Origin: Phoronis australis
Lineage: Eukaryota; Animalia; Phoronida
Length of the DNA: 64,000 nucleotides
Reading direction: 5' to 3'
Assembly (NCBI GenBank): GCA_002633005.1
Contig: NMRA01000081.1
Span: 881,184-945,183 of the forward strand
Shown piece by piece: positions 1 through 10,900 of this stretch. The position numbers were made by a program, and so were the translations under genes. Within the stretch, counting starts at the first letter, position 1, and each line of letters begins with the position of its first letter. The notes below the pieces were generated by a model that ran no database searches, had not been told where the DNA came from, and worked only from the letters and a program-made list of their open reading frames with translations.

Positions 1-140
1 ATATAGTTAATTTTTAAAAAAATGACGCAACAGCTAAGCTTGTTTGTATATAAAGATTGATCAAAATGCATGAGTTATGAAGCACAAGATTGATCAAAGT
101 TATCCCTGGGTTAGTATTTAGCCATTTTCTTTTCTTGCAG

Positions 141-3100
141 GTGTTGCATCATCAAAAATTAGGTCAATCGAAGGAAGAATTCTTACATCTCAATGGCTCC
201 CACATGGCGTCATGCACTTACATCCTGGTCCTTTTGACGGAGGCGGCCACTGCATCCCCGTTTGTTTTTCATGAAGTTCTATTTGGTGATTGGCTGGGCA
301 AGAAATTAGTTACAGCCATGTTCAAGAACGTGTGGGTCAAGTTACGTGCATCACTCAAAGCTGTGTTGGGTAAGAGTTTGCGTAAGACTTTACTCTGTTA
401 TGGGTTTGTATTTTCCTTTCAAACTACCAGAACTCATTATGTCAGCCTTTAGACTATATTTTGTGACAGCAAGTCGTTCTACATTCTTGAAAAGCCATTT
501 CTTCAAAACAATGGTTAGTAACTATATTATTTGAAAATCAACTTTTAGAATTTTTCATGTGCCACCCGGGAGGTCTCTTATGATCAGCTTTCACTCTGTT
601 ACATCTGACTTTGTGGATACCACCATTACAAAAATTATGTTTGCCCTTGTTGTAAAGTAACTATTTGCACTATGTTGAATTGTTGATCAAAATCCATTAG
701 AAAACAAAGCAGTGCAATAGATTGTTTCTACGGCTACAAAAATTGTTGGAGGCGTAACACTTTGATTAAATATTGACTCAAGTTCAATTGTCACTAGTAC
801 GCTAATGCATTGGACCAACCCTCGTGTATTGTCTGCTACCTAGATGTTTAAATACATGTGTTGACAAGTGGTTTTTGATCCAAATTTCAATCATGGAAAG
901 GATAGCATTTACATGATTTCATGATTTGTGGAATATTAAAAGCTTAGATTTTTACATTTATTCGTGATTTCGTGATTTGCGGGATATTGCAAGCTTAAAT
1001 TTATACATTTAAAATGTAAAACACCGGTTTTTGGTTATTGCTTTTGTCAAAAAGAATAATTTGTAGTAATTGATTCACCTAATAATTCATAAGCTTCAAA
1101 ACTGGTCTCAATTTGTTCCTTCATTTTTCATGGTTACTTCCAGATATAATGCCTCATGGATTTCACCTTTCTGGGATTGTTTTCATAATTACAATATTAA
1201 AATGAACACCATAATGTTCGCTTGCCGAGACCCATGCCCCAAATTATATCCAAAATAAGTTATGTTTGTCAGCTTAGTTTGTCACATTTCTGGACTCATA
1301 TCAGTCTGGCTGTAGTAGATGCTTAGGGAACAGACTGGTTCCATGATCGAACACTAGGTGGTGTTACTGCATAATTTGATGGATGCGTGAGCCTTAAGCA
1401 CCTTTATCTGTTGCCTCAGTGAAATTCACTTTGAAAATTTTGTAGCATATAACTAGTATTTTGTATTCATTTCTTTGCAACTATTGGCAATTGTTATGAT
1501 CATATTACTGGCAATCGTTCGAGGCCTATATAGTACATGCTTGCCAACTGTCCCATGTTTTGAAGCTTTTTCCTGCCTCCTGCCATAATATTCCACTTAA
1601 AGGCACAACTTAAAAATGTCGGGCATTGCGGCGTACATTTACTCCTTGTGGTGTGGCATATGGCAAGATGTCCCGTGTCCTGCTTTTCGTGTTTGTGTGT
1701 TGACAACGTGTGGCATGTGGCCGGTTATCCCCTGTCCCGCTTTTTAATTTTTGTATGTTGTCAACTATACTATATACCATAAAAAGCTGTTACATTTTTT
1801 TGAACTTTCAAATTTAATAAACATTGCCGATTACCTTGTCAATTGTTGGAATTCACGGTCAAATTCCAAAATTGAGAGATGGCTAATGTTTCAGTAGCAA
1901 CATCAATCTGTTAAATTATTTTCTTTAAAACCACAATCATGGATAAGGATGCTGTAATGATCAAGTGTAGTTTTAAATTTTTGAGATGCTATCTGAACAC
2001 AAAAACAATTTTAAATTTTTTGTGAGAACTTGCCACTAAGTGTATACTAGAAGCAACTATGAACCTGTGATGTCATAAAAGAAATAAACTTTTGATTCTG
2101 ACCAGTTACCATTATGAAAGTGGCCTCAACTTTTTTACTTAGATGAAAATGGGTACTAACAATGACCCACCTTGACGAGCCAACATGTTGAGCCTGGTTT
2201 CAGTTCCAGTAGTATTGAATTTGCCAGTCTTTTCCTGCAAACTGTAGATTAAGTAAGACAAATTCCACTAGTGTTTTAACACTTATAGGTGATCTAAAGT
2301 TAGATTACTGATGGTAGGTAGTTTTATAGCATAGCATGTCTTGTCTGTGAATACAACAATAGGGATACTATTTATTGAATTTTTGGCTGCATGGTCCAAT
2401 TATTTCTGAATTTGGGAACTTGGTTACCTCAGGATGTGTAGCTGGCTTTTTCCATTACGTTGGAACCATCTCATGTTATGTGAAGATGCTATAGATTATT
2501 TCTGTTGGGACAGAGTAAAGGCTCTGGATGTCCAATTTCACTATTTGATTTGATGTCTAAAGTGGAGTAAGACACTAAATGATAATTCAAGTCACAAACT
2601 AAAGTGTGATGAAAAACACACTAGAGAATATCTCTTTGTCTCTACTTAAGACAAAGTAAGGAAATTTCAACCCTTTGGGTTTAGTTCAAGTAACTTGCAA
2701 ATTGACAGTCGTGTGTATTTCCTCAGGTGAGTGCTCTGCGGTGGACTTTGAAACCAAGTTATATGCAGAGAGCATGGATGTGCTGGAACACCATATTAAG
2801 CCGATACGAGCGGTGCCAGGGGTGGTGCTGGAACAGGGGTATCTCAACAAAATGGCTGAAGGCTTGAAGCCTTTGGCAGTGCTGGCCAACAGTAAGTATA
2901 CTTGTATATCTCTTGACTGTTTTGTTCAGACTTTTGAAGAGAACTACACACAATGTGCCTAGCGTTTTCACTGAACACAGTTTCAAAACAAAAATGCAGT
3001 CAAATATACATACACTTGTTATTTCTCTTGACTGTGAAGCAATCTGCTTATAAACATCATATTGTCCATTGTGTTTCCATTACTGTGCAGTCACAATTTC

Positions 3101-5851
3101 AAAACAAAGCAATGTCCAGGCACTATTATACTAAGACATCATGTAATGTTGTGACTTCAGCATGCAGATTCTTGTCTGTACTAGCAAGGTTCTAGAGGTC
3201 TTTGGCTGCCTCTATATGTCTCTGCCCATATCATGTACGTTTTTATTACTACATGCCTCTAGAGGTCTTTGGCTGCATGCCATGCACACTCTATAAGCCT
3301 TTAGTTGGCCATATCTCCATCTGTTTTCTTGTTTCTGCGTCACTTCTATGTTGGAAGTGAGGCATTTAAATGCTCTTAAATTTTGTTTTACAATCTATTA
3401 AAACAGTCATCAGTGGCAGTTTTAAATTATGAACTGATGCATGGTGTAGTGTTTTGAAATATTTACCATACAGTGTCAGGTAATTTTCCTTTAGCATTAT
3501 GTTCACAACAAACAAGGCCGCCTTTCATACTTTTATTAGCCCTCAGAACAGCTTGGTACAATATTTTTTATTACTCGAAGCATAACGTGCAGTACTACAT
3601 GTTACACACAATCAGTGTATTTCCAATCAACTAAGGTGTGATATAGCCACAAACTCAGCTGAGCCTAACAAGTGAAGGGTAAAGATAGGTGATGTTAGTG
3701 CCGTCCACACACAGACTTACCCTAGAACGGGCTACTCCTTGAACGAATTGTCGCTAGGTTTGGTAGCTGTCTGGACGCTACTTAAACTAGTATAACTTGC
3801 TGAAAATTTAACACTGGCATCTTAAATATCATTTACCTGTGAATGAAGTCACCATTTCATCTTTCTTTGCATTAACATGCTTGAAATAGCGCCTCCTATA
3901 TCCAGTATTTATAAGAGTAAGTGAAAAAGTAACATAGGGGGCGCTGCAATTAGTTGAACTACAGCTTCCAATTAATCGATTAGTAGGTCCCTACCAAAGA
4001 TTCTGACATGACTCAACAAGTGAAGGGTAAAGATAGGTGATGTTAGTGCCGTCCACACACAGACTTACCCTAGAACGAGCTACTCCTTGAACGAATTGTC
4101 GCTAGGTTTGGTAGCTGTCTGGACGCTACTTAAACTAGTATAACTTGCCCCACTTGTGACAACATACTCCACCTTATGGAGGTAGTGTAACTTGTTCTAG
4201 GGTAACTTGTGCCCCTTGTAATCACCGTGTGGCTGCAAACCTGGGGCAAGGCGGAAGTAATCTGCTGCGCTTACATATAGACGGGTCTTCTTTTGCACAC
4301 CATATTCACATTAGCTGTCCATTTTCGTACACAGCGTGACAACTTCCACCTTACCCTAGTTATCGGAGATGTGTGTGGACGGTCCACTTAAAGTGGGGCA
4401 AGCTGCACTAGTGCAAGTTGTTCTAGAATAAGTCTGTGTGTGAACGGGATGTGAGACTATTGATTTCAACTTCACCTTTTCACAGATGCCACTTTTAGGG
4501 ATCAAAGCTCCATACAGGTCTTATAATTGAATATTGCCAATTTCAATATAGAATAAATTAAGTCTAGGATGTTAAGTCTGGCCCACAGAGTTTTAAGTTA
4601 ACTCTGCTTGGCACAATTAACTGGCCCGCTTAAAACACAAAAATGCATTTGTGTACTGTCAAAAGTAGATTTTGTCGTTATCTATTTGGTGGATGTTTCA
4701 TGTCACTTTTAATTTTTTTTTCGATGTTGCAGTATAGTAATTCTGTTAGGAGGACCGACTTTGTTTTGGGTAATTTAAGACCCTAGGAAAATGTTGGCTA
4801 ACTTTGGAACATTGTATCTCAGAAATGGCTGATCAGATTCATATAAAACTTTCAGTTATTATGGTTTATGTATTGTTCCCCAAAGATACATTAAGAATTG
4901 TTTCAGTTATTATGGTTTATGTATTGTTCCCCAAAGATACATTAGGAATTGTTTTTTTTTAAATGCTTCACTTCTGCATTTGGGGTGATGTTTTGTATGA
5001 AAAAACTTCAAAGTTGCATAAACAAAATGAAATGATAATCTAGAAAACTGTAAAATCATTTTTGAGATTTCATCTTGAACATTTGTTTCAAATGGAATTC
5101 GGTCATGTTATTGATACCATTGTTTTACTATCAATGCACCTTTTTAAATTACATCAAAAAGATGTCATCATGTGACCTAATCAAAAGTCAAAAATCAAAT
5201 TCTACTAGATTTCTACTTTTAGAAAATATATATTTTTACTTAGTTATTTTTTATAGTTTTGCAGATATTTGGCTAAACACATAGACTTGTCAAAGAGGTC
5301 ATGAATTACCTGAAGAATGTCTTCTTTTCACTTTTTCAGATGGTAGACCAGCTTTTGCTTGTGATGACACAGAACCCAAAGTTTTTATCAGCTACCAGTG
5401 GGATATGCAGTCTAAAGTAGAAGACATTCGTCATCTACTGGAGGCCAATGGATATCCATGTTGGGCGGATATCAGCCCGATGATGTCACAAGCTCAAAGG
5501 GGGCACAGCAGTATGAGCAGTCGGAGTAGTCATATTGAAACTGTCTCGGAAACCCTGCAGAGTCAGATCCAGAGGAACATGAGGGCAGCTACTGTGGTCA
5601 TCTGTTGTGTAACGCCCAAATACATGCAGAGTGACAATTGCATAAAGGACCTTACCTTGGCAGAGACCTTGCAGAAGCCTATCATTCCTCTGCTGCTGCG
5701 GTTCTGTCCCTGGCCACCAGAGGGTGCTCCTGTCCAAGTCAGAAAGATCATGGCAAAGCTGAGTAATATTGAGATGTACAATGAGAAACTTTACAAACAA
5801 AATATTTCACAAATTCTTGAAAGGATAAAGAAGATAATACCACCAAAATAA
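141..5851 (+). CDS. Tandem TIR (TIR_2-type) domain protein, last three coding exons; 5' part lies outside the window
   Basis: Exons 141-369 (ttgcag|, |gtaaga), 2727-2891 (cctcag|, |gtaagt) and 5340-5851 (tttcag|, TAA) join in frame through phase-1 junctions. The last exon has TIR hallmarks PKVFISYQWD...GYPCWADI...VVICCVTPKYMQSDNC...KPIIPLL..WPP. The first exon encodes the C-terminal half of another TIR (YILVLLTE..SPFVFHEV..GKKLV). Confidence 0.85.
914..1011. repeat. Diverged tandem duplication, about 51-bp unit x2
   Basis: tgatttc(a/g)tgatttg(t/c)gg..tatt..aagctta.attt.tacattta occurs at 914 and 965. Confidence 0.6.
3667..4148. repeat. Near-identical 134-bp direct duplication (3667-3800 and 4015-4148)
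   Basis: aacaagtgaagggtaaagatagg...aaactagtataacttgc appears twice, 348 bp apart. I saw one mismatch (gggc/gagc). Confidence 0.9.
4049..4447. mobile_element. MITE with terminal inverted repeats (possibly PIF/Harbinger-like)
   Basis: Left end ccgtccacacacagacttaccctagaac. Right end gttctagaataagtctgtgtgtgaacgg is its near reverse complement. Internal inverted ttgccccactt/aagtggggcaa. Confidence 0.65.
4850..4951. repeat. Tandem duplication, 51 bp x2
   Basis: tttcagttattatggtttatgtattgttccccaaagatacatta(a/g)gaattg occurs twice in tandem. Confidence 0.9.
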
Positions 5852-7959
5852 GTGAATAATGTGTTAATAGGATTGAATTAACCCCCACTGTTACATTGAA
5901 ACATGTTGATTATGTACACACCTTATTTAGTATTGAAGGGAAATTTCTTTTGTTCATTTATGAAAAGCATAAATGCGTTTGCTAAAAGGTGAATAGTTGC
6001 TCAATGCTGTGCGAGTGTTTTCTATGCTGTATACATGTATGTTGTGTTTGGAGTTGGTTTTGTGCAATTTGTCACATTCAACAGATGAAATCCCGCAATC
6101 GCAATAACCACACATCTCAGGAGTACAGAAATATTTAAAACAAAGAAAAGTCACATTTACCTTGCACTTGTTGAATTCCCACAGTCACTAATTAAGTAAT
6201 TAATTAAGACAATGTAGTGTTTATAGACAGGAAATTTGGATGGAATTAGATTTACCTGCAATGTGCTGAAAATGAATCTGTTTTTAGTAGTTAATAATGC
6301 GGGATGTTGAAATGCCGTGTAGAATTTTATTTTTTAACTTCTTTATATGTTGTTGTTTTTGTGACTTATTTAATGGGTCTGTTACTGTTTTTAAAGAGAA
6401 ACTTGTGCTTTGAAATAATATAACGATGAGCATTTTGCATAAGTTATAGTTCTCATGATAATCAGTTGATAAATCGGAAGTATTCGAACCTTTGGAAAAT
6501 GTCTCTTAGTGGGAACATTGTGATTAGGGATGAGATAAGAACCAATGAAAATGTGAAGTAAATTACTACCGAAATTAAAAAATGTTTTTTCAAAACATGA
6601 AGAAAAAACAATTTTTTTGTGTTTCAAATTATGAACAGGGACACACCTGTAACAGATATTAGAATGTTAAGTAATAAATACAAATTAATTGTATTTTTTA
6701 CATTGTCTGCTCTCTTTTATTTGAACAATAGTCCATGTGTACGGTTGTAGTTGAAGCTTAAAAATCAATTTCTTGACCTAGCCACAGGACTGTTTCAAAT
6801 AATTTGAATTGAGATAAATAACCATTAATTAACACAGGGCCCATCTACTTTTATTAGATTTTGTGGCCTTCAATATTACAATTAAATGTACAAAGTAACG
6901 TGAATGGTTTCTTTGCATTTATATTTTTATACAAGATGTTTTGTTCTTTGTGATTGATACTGAAATGTGTTGTACAATTGTACATTTAAATCTGTTACTT
7001 CTATTGCTGAACTGGCAAAGGTAGTAAACGGGGGGCTGTTACTTACATTTCAGTGTTGATCATGGGCAATTGTATTTAAAAAATCATTTGTCATTTTTAA
7101 TTCAAATTTATGCTTTTTAATGTTGATTAATCAAACTTTGTCATAATGAGTGCATATAACGTTATGGTGTTACTGTTTTGCAAAGAATAATAATTGTATA
7201 TTTGAATACCTTTTGTCTTCTGTTATTCATAATCAGTTCATTGATTCCATATGAATTCAGTATTTCAACAGGAACTCTTCTATTGAACTTAAGCAGTAAA
7301 TTCTTGGATTGTTTTAATACAAAAAAACAACAAATCCGCTATTCTGAATGCAATCCTTGCTGTAAACCGGGTTTGACATCAATCTACGGTACTTACAAGG
7401 TGGAAGATTGTGTTTCCACGGTAAGCAATGTTTTCGAATTCATTTTGTTGCCATATCCCATATAACATGGCGAAGGGGAAACTAATTTGGATGGCTATTG
7501 TTGTTAGCCATAAGTGTCGTTCGTTTGTGAATCATTCGACATCTCGCAAGTTCCCAAATGACGTGATGGTACGTGACAACCTTATACGAAAATGTTTATC
7601 TTACACACCGTTACTCATGTTAGTGTTGGACTTACGCCATTTTCTTGTGACTCCAAATACTGAATACAGATACGGATCCTCAATAGAATCTCCTTAACCA
7701 TGTGTTAGAATCCATTGTCTTAATCGCACAGATGTCAGGTTCTCTGAGAGCGCCTCCAGCCATCCACAATGAGCCTGGCAATGGAACCTAACGGAAATCG
7801 ATCTCCGCTTACTGCTGGCAATTTCTTACTTATCAACAAATCTGTTAAGCAAACAAGAATTGTTACAAGACATCGAGTTTCCTCTGTGAAATGCAATTGG
7901 TTTTGCAACCCCAAATGTTGCAGTAGCTAAGACGTGATTTTGTGGAGAGTTACGGAAAA

Positions 7960-10900
7960 ATGAGAGCGATGTGGTGGTTTTTATCGTTGGTGATCTTTCT
8001 TGACCGATTTTGCTCCTGCGAGGCTGTCAATGGTGAGTGATAAATGGCTAAAATTATCCTATTAAATGTGGTATCGAGATTTCATCCCGATAATTCCGTC
8101 ATCTAATCTCTCAGCACTTTAATCTTGATTAAACACCCGACATCTCAGTGATTACTAGTCATCAAACTGTTGCGTTCTTGAAGTCTTTTGGTTGTGTAAT
8201 TTTATTTTTATATCTTGTTATCGCATTATGTACGTTTGCTTGCTCAGCGTATGTTTAATTTCATAGCAAGTCAACCCTACAATTGTATTAATTATTTCAA
8301 TATATTGTATCGCCTGGTCACGCCATGACCATATTTTTGGATTTTGTTTGGCTATTGACAGAAGGAAATATTGTGTGCATTTCTTTAAATAATTTAGACG
8401 TAAAGCGATTATACCAACACCAAAACAAATTTAATGAACTTGAAATGTTTCGTAAGACAAGAGCAATGCGAACATCTTAAACCTTTACATCATACACAGA
8501 GTATTTCGTGTGTTATCCTATATCGAATGTTTACTCCTCTAAAACATTTTTGATGTGGCATAATGCATAAATTACCTGTACTGTGTTGATATATTGGACT
8601 GATGTAATTGGTGGCAATCGTATTGGATTACAGGAACATTGAAGCAACAAAAATGTTTAGCCAATATATGTAGACCTATTAGAATTTTATTGAAGTTGCA
8701 AAATTTTACATGAAAATGGCATTTACGATCATACTTTGAACGTGAGTGCATAATTATCAACTTTTAGTGAGTATTTTGCATTTTCATTTTAACTACGTGA
8801 CTAAAAATCAACATGAATTTACAATCCGTATCATAAATAGACGCATTTTCAACTCCTTATTTGGCTGTTGTGTTATTTTTATGTTATTTTTATTCGCAGT
8901 GACTTAGTTAATCGAACATTTAAAGCACGGGCATGAAGAGATTTTTCCCCACCCCAACTTTTCACCAGTGTTGCCTGTATGCATGCGTTCGGCGCCTATT
9001 GTATTCACACTTGTTACCCTCTCACAGGTTGAAAATAACTAACTGTCTCTTTTTGCCGGCGGCATGAAAAACAGATTTAGTTGATTAATGTATACGTTTA
9101 TCCCTCACCGAACTATGTTTCGTCTTGATTATTTCACTTCAATTTGGTGCATGAATAAAGCGGATGAGGTTGTATTACGCCGCCTACAAATGCTACAAAG
9201 CTAGTATCCTGTATTCTGTTCAAAGTATTTTGCGTCTAATACTCTTTTTGCACGATAAGGTACAAGGTGTTCAGTTTATGTGTTCCGGTTGCCATTCCTA
9301 GTTGAAACATGTTCTATCAACATTAAAACCTTTCTTCTAAAATTAGCATGCTTTCATTATAGGAATTATATCCTTTATCAATTTTGATTATTTTGGAGAA
9401 TCATGTCGTTTTTATAGGCTTATTGAACACGAACACATATCAAAATACTTCATCTCATGGAAATACATAGTTTTCTTGGCCACATAAGCCGCGACACTAT
9501 GGGTACAAGTCGGTGGTTGAGAATGCTTACGTTAAAGTAAACCGTCAAATTCTGGCGGTTCCCTAGCTTAGGGCGACTTCTCTTTCACGTTTTGTTACAG
9601 AAGAACTAATTTCACCTTACGCGGTTGAAGACAGTATAGAAAAATGTTTTGAAAAAAGACTTCGAAAATATTGTGAAGGTTTGTCCATAGAAAATTTTCC
9701 GCGTGACGACACCCCGCGAGCACTCGAGCTCCAACCGGAAACTACCACAGCAATCACCAACGGTATGTCACCCGTCGTTTGCATGATACATGTCTTGTTG
9801 TCAGGCCTATTGCATGCAAGAACTTTCACAATTCTTTAAAAAAATCAACATAATTACCAGTGTTCGTGTAAGCTCACTATTTTCACGATAGTTTCAATTT
9901 GCATGATTGCATGAAAACGTATCCCTCCCACCCATAACGTAATTGCTTCATTCCAGTCATGAGTTGTATCATGAGGAGTTCTTGTCACTGTGGTGATGTA
10001 ATTTATGACCCTTCTTATTTGTTCATTGCCACACCTTCGTGGACATGACGAATCTGCTTCATATTGCACGTGTATTTTCCCACTTTTCAATTGTTTTGTC
10101 ATGTATTGAGTGTCCCAAAAGTAACAACACTCTACGCGTATTGTAATTGAGCTCATGAATATTAATGAAAATGACTATTAATGAAATGATATTTGGATAG
10201 TTATTGTGTCATCATCTGTGCATTTAAAAAATTTGTGTTAAAAATATAATATTCATGGATTTAGGAATATGGTCACCATAATGGGGTTGACTGTTTCTCC
10301 CAACTGAAAATAAGAAAAGGTCGTGGAAAGAAATTAATACAGTTATGAGTGGAGACGGTGTTTTTGAATTTTATTTGCAATGTCCACACCAGCAGCAGCA
10401 GCAGCAGCAGCAGCACATTCCGTCGATTGGGGTCGCATTGGAACCATCGGGTTCCTCCCACGTCGTGTTCTTCATAGGCCACTGGTGTCTCTGTGTTATT
10501 GTCGTAACGCCGAGAACAATAGTTTTTATTGGTACTTGGTGCCTGAATATTCAAATATTCTAGTCTATAATCTTGGATAGTTTGTATTCTTCATCTGGTA
10601 CTGAGGTATCGATGAACAAAGAATGTTCGCTGTTATCCTGAAAAGTGCACTACTGCTTTTTTGATAAAGGTGGAATTTCTGGCACCCATGAGAAGGTCAT
10701 CCACGTATTTTAGCTCATTTGCATAACAAATGTGACAATGACACACTTACATGACCAATGAACGTGAGCAGTTGCCATCGGAGTGAGGGTTACTCCCAGA
10801 CGGTAAATAGAGCGTCTTGCATACTGAGAGCGCACTCTAGATAGAAAAACAAAGCGCTCCGCAGAAATGACACCCTTATAGAATGATATTGCTATTTTTT

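Noticed and set aside
10273-10580. PolyQ/polyA/polyL ORFs
   Set aside because: These are by-products of an intronic (CAG)8 repeat, with no exon signals or recognisable domain.
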